From the NCBI GenBank assembly GCA_031973395.1, contig DALYDD010000004.1, positions 447 through 61,013 of the forward strand: a stretch of 60,567 bases of DNA, in the 5' to 3' direction. A model generated the notes under the pieces. That model made no database searches. It saw nothing but the letters and a program-made list of their open reading frames with translations, and had not been told where the DNA came from. Shown here one piece after another: positions 25,834-36,232 of the stretch. Positions within the stretch are counted from its first letter, which is position 1; each line of letters opens with the position of its first letter. The position numbers and the translations under genes were made by a program. The DNA is from Minisyncoccota bacterium (lineage in GTDB: Bacteria > Patescibacteriota > Minisyncoccia > Phycocordibacterales > CAIZLB01).

Positions 25834-28800
25834 TTGTCAAAAAAAAGATATAATATGTATTACATGATCCCGATTCCTGGTATGCCAGCGCCTGAACATG
25901 GGCATGGCTTCTCTGCACAAAATTTCCCCAAAAAACAATTTTCGGCAAAAAAAATAGCCGGAGTTATTTTATTTGGCTTGGTTGCTATTCTTGGTATTTT
26001 GCAAATTCATAAGCAGGTATCAGCAATCGCAACTACCATTGCTGTCATGTCTGATGGTGGTGGGTCTACTGCGCAACAAATGATCGATGATTTGGATCAA
26101 ATCCTTTTGCAAAAATTGTCCGGTTGGAATATTGATGCGGTCGGATGGAACGGAGATATTGGGTATGACACACTAGGGTCAGGTACTTCATCTGTGGCTT
26201 TTGCGGTTGGAGCTTATGACTCATCGACTGCTGGTGTGGCGGGTATTCCACTCTTCCTTGCAGAAGGTAACCATGAAGCGGAGAATGCTGCCGATGTCCT
26301 CCGGCTTAGACAAATGTATACGCGATATCAAGGCTATGCGACAAGTTCGGTTCATGGCCCTCTAGGGTGGAACTTTTCTCAAATGCCGAATGCGTATTCT
26401 TCGACAACAAACTATGCATATGATATCGGTGATATCCGTGTAATTGTTGTAAACCAGTATGCTGCAACTACTAGTGATGCGGTAAATACGACAGGTAGGG
26501 TTCACGAACAGGTTTTCGAATGGATTAAGAGCGAAATTAAGAAGACAACCAAACAGCACATCGCGGTAATGGCCCATGAGCCGGCGTATCCGGTGCCTTC
26601 TCAAGTAAGCGGAAACCATATCGGCGATTCCCTTGATGCAGATCCTGCAAACCGAGATAAATTTGTAAACCTTCTTGCATCGTATGGTCAGATTAATCAT
26701 TTCGTAGGTCATACACATATTGCTGATTTGTACGAAATGAAAAACACTACTGCGGGTGTGAATGGTGATGCCCGAACAACAACGACGTCACTGGATGGAG
26801 GTATCTGGGAATTAGACTCCGGAGGATTTGGTGATAAGGCTCCGGGTGGTGGTGGACAGCATACATATCCTGGAATCGGTTATTTGCACACAAATTCAGC
26901 TAACTGGGGAGACTATACATTGATGCTTGTATATGGAGAGGGTTCGCCTCAGTGGGCCGCTCCCACCTCGGAAACCGTAGGTATCAGCAACCTGACTAGA
27001 CAAATTTTGGTAAATACATGGCAAGGTGCTGGTACAGGAACCTCATCAAATGGATTATTTGATATGAGTTATTATGTCGATTATACAGATGCTGTGGCTG
27101 CAAATCCTGACTGGTCTGCGAATAATTCCGGAAAGTGGTGGGAGCCTGCATTTAGTACTACGACTGCAGGATGGACCAGTGGCGAGTTAGGTGTTGGGTA
27201 TCGAACTGATGCTGCTGCGCCGCAGTGGATAAATAAGCCGATTGATGCTTTTGGTGGTCTTGCAACCACCACTCCGCAGGTATATAGCATCATGCAGCGA
27301 ATAGTTTTCCCTGCGACCACAACCTCTTCATACGGTAATATGACTCTACACCTTGACGATGATGATGGTGTAATGGTTTGGCTCAACGGTACGCTCATTT
27401 TGAATAGTACAAATGCTTCTGTGACCGCACCAACAACAGGAAGCGGAGCTGAATATTTTGATAAGGTGCAAACTAATACCTCAAACGGTTGGGTAGGAAC
27501 ATCGATTAGTCCGACATTTAGCACGGTCGATATATCTGCATTCAAAGGCTCATTGGTTAATGGGCAGAATACATTGGTGGTTTGGAATATAAACGGAGGA
27601 AGCAGTACGTCAACCGACCTAGGCGTCGCTGTTCGATTATCGATTTCAGGTGCAGTTGACGCTATTGCTCCAAATATTTCAAGTGTTGCTTCTACAACTC
27701 CCACCGTGAATACAGCAACGGTGTCTTGGACGACAAATGAATCATCTGATTCACAAGTTGAGTATGGTTTAACGAGCACCTATACGGCATCAACTACACT
27801 GGATACAAACATGGTTACAAGTCACTCTGTAAATATTTCAGGTCTTGCAACTTCAACTACGTATCATTTCCGCGTGATATCAAAAGATGCTTCGGCTAAT
27901 AGAACAAACTCTACGGATTATACATTTACCACACCTGCGTCAACCCCGTCAGCTGCCACAACTACTTTACGAGAAGGGCAAAATGGGTATACAGGAATGA
28001 CGGATACATATCTGAACGCAAGTTCTACATATACCAATAACGGGACAGCTACCACTATGCTCATTGACGGTGCTGCACCATTTGCAAACGGTTTAATGAA
28101 ATGGGATGTATCGTCAATTCCAAGCAATGCCACAATTCAAAGTGTGAGCATTTCTTATAATGTAACCAATAACTCTGGGGCTAATACGTATACAATATAT
28201 AAATCAACTCAGAACTGGGTAGAAAATGAGACCAACTGGGCTTCTAGTTCAGTGTCGGTACCGTGGGGGTTACCTGGCTCACTCGATAATTCAGATGACT
28301 ATGTGGACACGTCGCTCGGTACCCTTGGTACCGCGTCTATTGCTCCAGCAACATCGACATTGAATGCGGCAGGTATTGCTGTTGTTCAGGGTTGGGTTTC
28401 TGGATCTACTCCAAACCAAGGATTCTTTATTAGTAGGACTAGTACTGCAGATATTGATGGATTGCAATTTGATTCAAGTGAAGCGGCGACCGTAGGTAAT
28501 CGTCCAGGGCTTACTATCGTCTACAATCTTCCGAGTGGTCCCGATATTACGGCCCCCGTTGTATCGGCTGTTGCATCAAGTACCACTGCTTCAGCGGCAA
28601 CAATTACTTGGACAACAAATGAGGCGGCCACAAGCACAATTGATTTTGGTACAACATCGGGGTATGGTACGGCATCATCTTCTGCGACTGCGACAACCTC
28701 ACATAGGATTGTCATTTCTGGGCTCGCAAGCAGTACTTTGTATCATTATCGCATTAGTGTGTGGGACACATCTGGCAATTTGGCCACGACCTCTGACCTA

Positions 28801-31800
28801 ACATTTACAACCACCGCCCCAGATACGACGGCGCCGAGTATCGTTGGAAATGTTGCATCCTCTACGACTTCAAGCTCCGGGACTATTACTTGGACAACAG
28901 ACGAAGCTGCTTCTTCGAGAGTTGTTTATGGTACAAGCACTGGTACATACACCGCTTCTTCGACATCTGCTACAGCTACAACTAGTCACTCCCATGTTCT
29001 CTCAGGGTTGCTTGGTTCCACACCTTATTATTTCCGAGTGGTGTCCACTGATGCGTCTTTGAATACATCAACTTCATCTGAAATGATATTTACAACTAGC
29101 GGAGGGGCAACGACGGTCTCATTGCGAGAAGGTCAGAACAGTTATTCTGGAATGGTGGATACGTATCTCGATAGTGCAGCAGTAACAACGAATCAAGGTA
29201 CGAATGTGATTGTCGCGATCGATGGGTCACCTGCATTGACTGGTCTCATGAAATGGGATCTATCTTCGATACCGTCAAGCGCCACTGTCTCAGATGTAAA
29301 GCTTGTTTATAACGTCACTAATATAACTGCAAATACATACAATATATATAGATCGCTACGCGCATGGACAGAAGGCGGTGCAACATGGAATACATACGAT
29401 GGTACTAATTCGTGGGGTACTGTTGGGGGGTTAAATGCGACATCAGACTATAATTCAACGTCTCTTGGAACTGTGGGTGTAAATAGTTTGGGTCTTGCTA
29501 CTACGACACTCAATGCTTCTGGAATAACTTTGGTGCAAGGCTGGGTAGATGGATCTATTACAAATAATGGATTTACTCTACATCAATCGGCATCAACAGA
29601 CAGTGTTCAATTTGATTCGAGCGAGGGTTTAACAACCGCCTTGCGTCCGGCACTTGTCGTTACTTATAGCACAGGCGGACCCGACACCACACCTCCGGTA
29701 ATATCAAGTGTTGCTTCTTCGACAACTGAAACCACTTCAACGATTACCTGGAACACTGATGAATCGGCAACGACGGCTATGGTGTACGGAACGGTTTCTG
29801 GAACACTTGGCACAGCGAGCTCTTCTGCATCAACTGGTACGACACATAGTCTGGTTTTGACGGGATTGGCTCCTGCAACTACGTATTATTTCCGAGTGGT
29901 TTCAACAGATGGTTCAGCGAATACTGCGACATCTTCCGAATTTTCATTTAGAACCGTAACACCTGAGGCTACAAGTACGGCATGGTGGAACGCATCTTGG
30001 GGTAAGCGTATACCTGTCACATTTGATAATGTCGGACATGCAGAAAATTTAACCAACTTCCCAGTACGTGTGGTTTTGAATAGTTCGCGCATTACATACG
30101 GAGATTTCAAGGCGAATGGAGACGATATTAGATTTGTCGATGCGGATGGTGCAACAGTTTTGCAATATGAAATAGAAAACTGGGATACTGCGAGTACTTC
30201 AAATATTTGGGTAAAGGTTCCTCAAGTCAATTCGGCTTCTTCGAATGACTTTATATATATGTATTATAACAATCCTGCTGCAAGTGCCGCAGCAACGACA
30301 ACTGGGGTTTGGGATAGTAATTACAAGGGCGTATGGCACTTGGGTCAGAATCCAGCAGGTACTGCTCCGCAGATGCTCGATAGTACAATAAATGCAAAAC
30401 ATGCGACGACGGCCGGTTCAATGACTGCGGATCAGCGCGTACTAGGTCAATCTGGATTTGCGGTGAATCTCACAGGTAATGATTACCTTTCAATGGGGGC
30501 GCTGGGTGCTATGGCAGGCGGACGAACTGTAAGTATGTGGATCAATGGTAATTCTTGGACTCGAACTGATACAGGTGATAATGCCCTGTTCGCATTCAAT
30601 ACCTCTGCTGGTGGAAATACGGATATTGTTCGTATCAGTACGGCAGGTTCTATTGGTCACTATAACGGAACAACGGTTGTTCCCGCTTCCAGTTCTGTGG
30701 CCATCGCAACAGGCGGATGGCACCATATTTCGATTGTCTCTTCGAGTACGGCTAATGCCAGCTTGATTTATCAAGATGGTGTTTTGGTGGGAACAGCAGC
30801 TACTTGGGCACCGGCAGTTGGAGCAACGGATGTATTCTTTGCGGGTCAAGAAATTGATACTACGACCGCGAGCGACTTCTTTAATGGAAAGCAAGATGAA
30901 ATTCGTGTCGAGTCAGCTGCGAGAACGGCTAAATGGATACAGGCACAATTTGAAACACAGGAAGATTCATTTATCACATATGGTTCCGCAGAAAGTGGTG
31001 CGGATACGACACCACCTGTCATTTCAAGCATTGCTTCTTCTACCGCAACCTCTACGGCTTCGATAACATGGTCAACAAATGAAGTGGCAACATCTACTGT
31101 TCAATATGGATTAACCACAAGTTATGGATCACAAGCGACTTCAAGTGGTACAACAACGCATTCGGTATCCTTGTCCTCACTTACACCGAACACTCTTTAT
31201 CATTACCGAGTTACTGCCATAGACGCATCGACCAATCTCTCGACATCAACAGATATAACATTTACCACGACCGCCATAACAGATACTACACCGCCGGTTA
31301 TTTCAGATATTGCATCTTCGACGAGTACATCAACCGCCTCTATAACATGGTCAACTGACGAGGCTGCAACATCTACTGTTCAATATGGATTAACCACAAG
31401 TTATGGATCACAAGCGACTTCAAGTGGGACGAGTACACATTCAGTCTCATTGTCTAGTTTGACTCCAAATACTCTGTATCACTATCGAGTCACAGCGATT
31501 GATTCAAGTACGAATACTTCGACTTCTTCAGATCGAACATTCACGACTACGGCTTTGCCTGACACTACGGCACCTACCATAAGTGCCGTCGCTTCGACGA
31601 CAGGTGTTACGACAGCGACTATTACATATACAACCAATGAAGCTGCAAGTTCGACGATAGACTATGGCTTAACTACTGGCTATGGATCACAAGCAACTTC
31701 AAGTGGAACCACAAGCCACTCGGTCTCATTATCTGGTCTGACATCTTCGACTCTTTATCATTACCGAATCACAGCAACAGATTCGAGCGGTAATGCCTCA

Positions 31801-33657
31801 TCGACAACCGATCTCACGTTTACGACTACTGCTGCACCAGATGTCACTCCGCCTGCGGTTGAGCTCACTGCACCTGCGGCAAGTGCATTGGTGACAGGGT
31901 CTTCGGTTACATTAACCGCATCCTCTTCTGATGGTGTCGGTGTAGCGGGAGTTAAATTCTACGTCGACAATACATTGATCCAGTCAGAAGACACCTCTTT
32001 CCCTTATACGTTGAGTTGGGATAGTACATCAGTTGCGAGTGGTACAAGGATATTAATTGCTGTTGCTCGAGATTCTGCCGGCAACCAAGCAACTTCTTCA
32101 CCGGTATCTGTGACTGTAGACAATGCTGTGCCGGTGATCTCGAATATCGCAAGTTCTTCTGCGCAGACGACCGCATCAATCAGTTTCACTACAAATGAAA
32201 ACACTACGGTCCGTGTAAACTACGGTCTGACCAGTGGCTATGGATCAAGTACGGCATTTACATCTACTGCAAGTACGACACATACAGTGGCGCTAACTGG
32301 TTTGAATCAAAATACTGCATATCATTTCCAAATTGAAGTAAGAGACGCTGTTCCGTTTACTGCTACGTCTACAGATCGTATTTTGACCACTACACCCGAT
32401 GTGACAGCTCCTGTAATTAGTACAATAGGCGCTGTCGCTGCGAATACATCTGGAACTATTTCTTGGGTCACAGACGAAGCCGCTTCTTCCCAGGTCACAT
32501 ATGGATTACTTAGTAGATACGATCAAATCACTGCAAAAACTGATACTTCACCACGTGTTACTGATCATAGTGTCTCGATCACAGGATTATCTTCTTGTGC
32601 CGTTTATTCGTACAAAGTTATTTCTCAAGATACTGCTGGCAATACTTCGACTTCTTCTGCTACGGAATTTGTTACAACTGGTTGTACTGGCGGTGCAGCG
32701 GCAGGTGCGAATGAAGAACAGCAAATTGCAACTTCTACCGGAGGTAATGTAGAACTTATCCAGGGGGGTGAGGGAATAGGGCTTAATATCCCGGCTGGAT
32801 TTTCTTCAACTTCGAGCTCAACAGTATTCCAGATCTTGCAGGTAAATGCAGCGGCCGTAGCAAATGGTGGTGGTGCCCCAGCTCCGGGTATGGCTCCTGT
32901 TGATACGTATATGTTTAGACTTAATGCGTTGACTGCGATTAATACGGTAATCACATCATTTGATGCAGAGATCACCATCACTATTACATATTCAGATGCA
33001 GATGTTGCTGGATTCGATGAGAGTACGCTCAAGATGTATCGCTACGATGGATCATCGTGGCATGAACTTGATGACTGTGTATTGAATACCACTTTGAATA
33101 CGATTACCTGTACTACGACTCGATTCTCTGATTTTGGAATGTTTGGAATTCCTATACCGGGAAATAGTGGATCTGCTCCAGTAACCGTGGCTCCAGGCAG
33201 TGTGGCCTTCACAACAGGTACAAGCGGAGGATTATTGGCCATCAACCAAAATGCATTAGGCTGTCAAAATGGTGCGATATTCAATGTCTATAGTGGCCAA
33301 CGATGCCCAAGTTCTATCGGTTCAGTGCCAACGGGTACAAATTCTGGAAATAATACTTCGGGTAATTTCCCAAATATTCCAGCCAATTTCTCTTTCACAA
33401 AATTATTAACACCTGGAATGACTCATCCTGATATCTTGCACCTCCAGCGAGTGTTGAATGCAGATAAGACTACAAGGGTAGCTATAAAGGGTATAGGTTC
33501 GCAAGGTAAAGAAATCGATTATTTTGGTCCAGGGACAAAACAGGCGGTAATCAAATTCCAGATTAAATATGGTGTCATCAAGAATGCAAAAGATCCATAT
33601 GCAGGTACGACAGGTCCTGGTACGCGGGCTGCGCTCAATAGACTATTGAGGAAGTAG
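25834..33657 (+). CDS. giant surface protein: TM anchor, metallophosphoesterase-like domain, DNRLRE-type modules, many Fn3 repeats, DUF2341/LamG-like region, Ig-like domain, C-terminal peptidoglycan-binding domain
   Basis: 2607 aa. GNHE/GHTH phosphoesterase motifs. Repeated (T/S)WTT(N/D)E..S...YG...Y Fn3 units. WWNASWGKRIPVTFDN...DIRFVD resembles DUF2341. The C-terminal LQRVLN...GPGTKQAVIKFQ resembles PG_binding_1. The start codon is uncertain (TTG at 25834, with ATGs shortly downstream). Confidence 0.8.
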   Translation: MSKKRYNMYYMIPIPGMPAPEHGHGFSAQNFPKKQFSAKKIAGVILFGLVAILGILQIHKQVSAIATTIAVMSDGGGSTAQQMIDDLDQILLQKLSGWNIDAVGWNGDIGYDTLGSGTSSVAFAVGAYDSSTAGVAGIPLFLAEGNHEAENAADVLRLRQMYTRYQGYATSSVHGPLGWNFSQMPNAYSSTTNYAYDIGDIRVIVVNQYAATTSDAVNTTGRVHEQVFEWIKSEIKKTTKQHIAVMAHEPAYPVPSQVSGNHIGDSLDADPANRDKFVNLLASYGQINHFVGHTHIADLYEMKNTTAGVNGDARTTTTSLDGGIWELDSGGFGDKAPGGGGQHTYPGIGYLHTNSANWGDYTLMLVYGEGSPQWAAPTSETVGISNLTRQILVNTWQGAGTGTSSNGLFDMSYYVDYTDAVAANPDWSANNSGKWWEPAFSTTTAGWTSGELGVGYRTDAAAPQWINKPIDAFGGLATTTPQVYSIMQRIVFPATTTSSYGNMTLHLDDDDGVMVWLNGTLILNSTNASVTAPTTGSGAEYFDKVQTNTSNGWVGTSISPTFSTVDISAFKGSLVNGQNTLVVWNINGGSSTSTDLGVAVRLSISGAVDAIAPNISSVASTTPTVNTATVSWTTNESSDSQVEYGLTSTYTASTTLDTNMVTSHSVNISGLATSTTYHFRVISKDASANRTNSTDYTFTTPASTPSAATTTLREGQNGYTGMTDTYLNASSTYTNNGTATTMLIDGAAPFANGLMKWDVSSIPSNATIQSVSISYNVTNNSGANTYTIYKSTQNWVENETNWASSSVSVPWGLPGSLDNSDDYVDTSLGTLGTASIAPATSTLNAAGIAVVQGWVSGSTPNQGFFISRTSTADIDGLQFDSSEAATVGNRPGLTIVYNLPSGPDITAPVVSAVASSTTASAATITWTTNEAATSTIDFGTTSGYGTASSSATATTSHRIVISGLASSTLYHYRISVWDTSGNLATTSDLTFTTTAPDTTAPSIVGNVASSTTSSSGTITWTTDEAASSRVVYGTSTGTYTASSTSATATTSHSHVLSGLLGSTPYYFRVVSTDASLNTSTSSEMIFTTSGGATTVSLREGQNSYSGMVDTYLDSAAVTTNQGTNVIVAIDGSPALTGLMKWDLSSIPSSATVSDVKLVYNVTNITANTYNIYRSLRAWTEGGATWNTYDGTNSWGTVGGLNATSDYNSTSLGTVGVNSLGLATTTLNASGITLVQGWVDGSITNNGFTLHQSASTDSVQFDSSEGLTTALRPALVVTYSTGGPDTTPPVISSVASSTTETTSTITWNTDESATTAMVYGTVSGTLGTASSSASTGTTHSLVLTGLAPATTYYFRVVSTDGSANTATSSEFSFRTVTPEATSTAWWNASWGKRIPVTFDNVGHAENLTNFPVRVVLNSSRITYGDFKANGDDIRFVDADGATVLQYEIENWDTASTSNIWVKVPQVNSASSNDFIYMYYNNPAASAAATTTGVWDSNYKGVWHLGQNPAGTAPQMLDSTINAKHATTAGSMTADQRVLGQSGFAVNLTGNDYLSMGALGAMAGGRTVSMWINGNSWTRTDTGDNALFAFNTSAGGNTDIVRISTAGSIGHYNGTTVVPASSSVAIATGGWHHISIVSSSTANASLIYQDGVLVGTAATWAPAVGATDVFFAGQEIDTTTASDFFNGKQDEIRVESAARTAKWIQAQFETQEDSFITYGSAESGADTTPPVISSIASSTATSTASITWSTNEVATSTVQYGLTTSYGSQATSSGTTTHSVSLSSLTPNTLYHYRVTAIDASTNLSTSTDITFTTTAITDTTPPVISDIASSTSTSTASITWSTDEAATSTVQYGLTTSYGSQATSSGTSTHSVSLSSLTPNTLYHYRVTAIDSSTNTSTSSDRTFTTTALPDTTAPTISAVASTTGVTTATITYTTNEAASSTIDYGLTTGYGSQATSSGTTSHSVSLSGLTSSTLYHYRITATDSSGNASSTTDLTFTTTAAPDVTPPAVELTAPAASALVTGSSVTLTASSSDGVGVAGVKFYVDNTLIQSEDTSFPYTLSWDSTSVASGTRILIAVARDSAGNQATSSPVSVTVDNAVPVISNIASSSAQTTASISFTTNENTTVRVNYGLTSGYGSSTAFTSTASTTHTVALTGLNQNTAYHFQIEVRDAVPFTATSTDRILTTTPDVTAPVISTIGAVAANTSGTISWVTDEAASSQVTYGLLSRYDQITAKTDTSPRVTDHSVSITGLSSCAVYSYKVISQDTAGNTSTSSATEFVTTGCTGGAAAGANEEQQIATSTGGNVELIQGGEGIGLNIPAGFSSTSSSTVFQILQVNAAAVANGGGAPAPGMAPVDTYMFRLNALTAINTVITSFDAEITITITYSDADVAGFDESTLKMYRYDGSSWHELDDCVLNTTLNTITCTTTRFSDFGMFGIPIPGNSGSAPVTVAPGSVAFTTGTSGGLLAINQNALGCQNGAIFNVYSGQRCPSSIGSVPTGTNSGNNTSGNFPNIPANFSFTKLLTPGMTHPDILHLQRVLNADKTTRVAIKGIGSQGKEIDYFGPGTKQAVIKFQIKYGVIKNAKDPYAGTTGPGTRAALNRLLRK
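31012..31850 (+). repeat. three tandem ~280-nt Fn3-coding units inside the giant gene
   Basis: Units start near 31012, 31291 and 31570. Units 1 and 2 share a 62-nt perfectly identical block (31087-31148 = 31366-31427). Confidence 0.8.
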
Positions 33658-33659
33658 TT

Positions 33660-34943
33660 TTACTTACTAAAACTTAAATTACCTTGAGCTTTAATTTGAT
33701 CAAAACCAGAGCAAGGGATACCAGGTTGTCCATCTTTAACTTGTAGTAATGCAACAAGGCCAATCATCGATGCATTGTCTGTTGCCAAAACAGCTTCTGG
33801 GATTAATAGAGGGATATTGAGTTCCCTGCATAGGTTTTTGAAATTCTCTCTTATGAAATGATTGGAGATGACGCCTCCGCCGATGATGAGACTTTTTGAG
33901 CCTTGCTCCAAGATTGCCTTTTTGGTCTTTGATAAGAGGACCTCTATAACTGATTGCTCAAACTCTGCAGCGAGATCTTCTTTTTGATTTTGGCTGAGGG
34001 GTTCATCGTTTTGTGTTTTTATTCTATCTCTCACTGCATAGAGGGCTGCTGTTTTTAATCCTGAAAAGGAGAAATTTAAATCCTTTGAGTGAATCATTGG
34101 ACGCGGGAGAGTGAATTCTCTCGAAACCCCTTCTTTGTCTATGGTACTTCGAAAACTATCAGCAAGTTTTGAAATTTCTGGTCCGCCAGGATAGGGGAGT
34201 CCTAAAAGTCTTGCCACCTTGTCATATGCTTCACCGACAGCATCGTCTACGGTCTGGCCAATTAGAGTGTATGCATGCCATGAATCTATGCTTACAAGTT
34301 CCGTATGTCCACCTGAGATAAGCAGTGCGATAGCTGGAAAATCTATGCCCGCAGGCTCTAAATTGCCTGTAGAGGCCAGTACTGATGCAATATGCCCTTC
34401 CATATGATTGATGGGGAAAAGGGGTAAATCGAACGCTATGCCTAAGGCTTTTGCAGCTGAGATACCTACCCATAGTGCAGGTTCAAGGCCAGGTCCGTAT
34501 GTTACTGCGATACCAGCCAAGCTTTCTTTTATATGGGCAAAGTCAGCCGGAGAAATACTCAATAAATATGAGACGAGGTCGGGTCCGAGGTCGTGCTCTT
34601 TCTGTAGAATATATTTTATTTTTTCAATCGTTTCAGTGGAAAGGTTTGGATTTTGCTCAATGAGGTTTTCATCTTTGTTTTCAGAATCAGGATTCGGAGG
34701 AAGGGGGACATTGAATGCTTGATTCAGGCAAAGAGATAAAACCGGCACAAAGTTTTTGCCATGTTCTCGCTTTGCAAGATTTGGGAAGACGCCGCCAAAT
34801 TCTGCGTGCAATTTTGCCTGGGAATGGACTTGGTGACTCAGAATATTTAGCGCATTGGTGTTGGAATTTTGGGCCACGACGGAACAGGCTGTCTCATCAC
34901 AGCTTGTTTCAATGGCCAAAATTGATGTCTTCTGTCCGGGCAT
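33660..34943 (-). CDS. tsaD: tRNA N6-adenosine threonylcarbamoyltransferase TsaD (Kae1/Gcp family) with an internal insertion
   Basis: ILAIETSCDETACSVV, VTYGPGLEPALWVG, INHMEGH, GGVISN. The start is set at MPGQKTS. An extra ~65 aa lies between the first two conserved blocks. Confidence 0.85.
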   Translation of the reverse strand: MPGQKTSILAIETSCDETACSVVAQNSNTNALNILSHQVHSQAKLHAEFGGVFPNLAKREHGKNFVPVLSLCLNQAFNVPLPPNPDSENKDENLIEQNPNLSTETIEKIKYILQKEHDLGPDLVSYLLSISPADFAHIKESLAGIAVTYGPGLEPALWVGISAAKALGIAFDLPLFPINHMEGHIASVLASTGNLEPAGIDFPAIALLISGGHTELVSIDSWHAYTLIGQTVDDAVGEAYDKVARLLGLPYPGGPEISKLADSFRSTIDKEGVSREFTLPRPMIHSKDLNFSFSGLKTAALYAVRDRIKTQNDEPLSQNQKEDLAAEFEQSVIEVLLSKTKKAILEQGSKSLIIGGGVISNHFIRENFKNLCRELNIPLLIPEAVLATDNASMIGLVALLQVKDGQPGIPCSGFDQIKAQGNLSFSK

Positions 34944-34974
34944 TTTCAGTGAATTAAGTGATATTATATATACC

Positions 34975-36204
34975 ATGAACTCAAAGAAAGCGATACTTCT
35001 CATCGTCCTTACTATCCTCGTGCTTGGGGCAATAATATATGGATTGCACGTATATCAGATAAAGACCGATGAAGATTTCGATGTATTGATTCGAGACGCG
35101 AATACTCAGTTAATTGATCATTCATCATCAGGTTCGTCTACCTCCTCGGCTCTTGATGATGAAGATGGTGCCATTTCTCTTGGCGTTGCATCCTCAACTC
35201 CAAAAAAGTCAGATTTTAAAGATGTAAAAATTAATAGTTCGGCACTTAAGGCCAATTCGCCAAAGACATTTATTGTGGCTTTTTTCGGTGATCAAGGTGT
35301 AGCCAATCCCGCACATCGGGTTCTTGAATTAGTAAAAAAAGAAAATGCAGATGCTGCTGTTTTGTTAGGGGATTATGATTATGTAGATGATCCGAAGGCT
35401 TGGATGACTTTGATTGAGGGGGAATTGGGGAATGACTTTCCGATTATTCCTGTCATAGGCAATCATGATGAGAAAAAATGGAAAGAATACAGTGTATTGC
35501 TTACGGAACATTTGAAACGTACTCCTCAGGTCTTATGTGAAGGGGAATTGGCGGTGAAGGCACAGTGCACATTCAAGCGACTCCGGGTATTTGTAGTTGC
35601 GCCAGGGATAAATAGCATTCCGGTATCAAGCGATCTATACTCTGACTTCATCAATTCTGCTTCTTTGAAATTAAAAAATACATATGCGACACTGAGCGCA
35701 GCTGATGCTAATCCACTCGATACTTATTGGAATGTGTGTGCATGGCATAAAAATCAGAGATCGATGCAGGTTGGAGGTAAGGCAGATGAAACTGGTTGGG
35801 ATACATATAATACCTGTTTGAATCTCGGATTTCCGATCATTACCGCACATGAGCATTCATATTCGAGAAGTTTTTTGATGAAAAATCTCCAGAGGCAAGA
35901 ATTGGCAGAAAAGAAAACTGTATCACTGGCTTCGAGTTCGGCTATTTCTTCTCCTTTGAATATTGATGATCTGCGCATTATGCCCGGGCAAACTTTTGTC
36001 ACGGTCTCGGGGCTCGGAGGGCATAGTATTCGGGCACAATATCTCAATAATTCTTGGTGGTCTACTGTATATACATCGAATCAAGGCGCGAAACCAGGGG
36101 CATTATTCTGTGCATTTAATTACCAAGGTGATAATGGACAGACGCTCTGTTATTTCAAAAATATTGATGAGGAGGTGGTGGATGCGTTTATGATAAAGAA
36201 GTAG
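34975..36204 (+). CDS. calcineurin-like metallophosphoesterase, membrane-anchored
   Basis: TM segment, then FFGDQG, LLGDYDY, GNHD and AHEHSY motifs. Confidence 0.7.
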   Translation: MNSKKAILLIVLTILVLGAIIYGLHVYQIKTDEDFDVLIRDANTQLIDHSSSGSSTSSALDDEDGAISLGVASSTPKKSDFKDVKINSSALKANSPKTFIVAFFGDQGVANPAHRVLELVKKENADAAVLLGDYDYVDDPKAWMTLIEGELGNDFPIIPVIGNHDEKKWKEYSVLLTEHLKRTPQVLCEGELAVKAQCTFKRLRVFVVAPGINSIPVSSDLYSDFINSASLKLKNTYATLSAADANPLDTYWNVCAWHKNQRSMQVGGKADETGWDTYNTCLNLGFPIITAHEHSYSRSFLMKNLQRQELAEKKTVSLASSSAISSPLNIDDLRIMPGQTFVTVSGLGGHSIRAQYLNNSWWSTVYTSNQGAKPGALFCAFNYQGDNGQTLCYFKNIDEEVVDAFMIKK

Positions 36205-36232
36205 GTTGCATAAGATTGATGTATCACAAATT

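Noticed and set aside
33660-35003. Full-length 447-aa version of tsaD, and the 34855 start of the divergent phosphoesterase gene.
   Set aside because: The extensions overlap each other across the divergent promoter region. Conserved or TM N-termini begin at 34943 (MPGQKTS, tsaD) and 34975 (MNSKKAILL).
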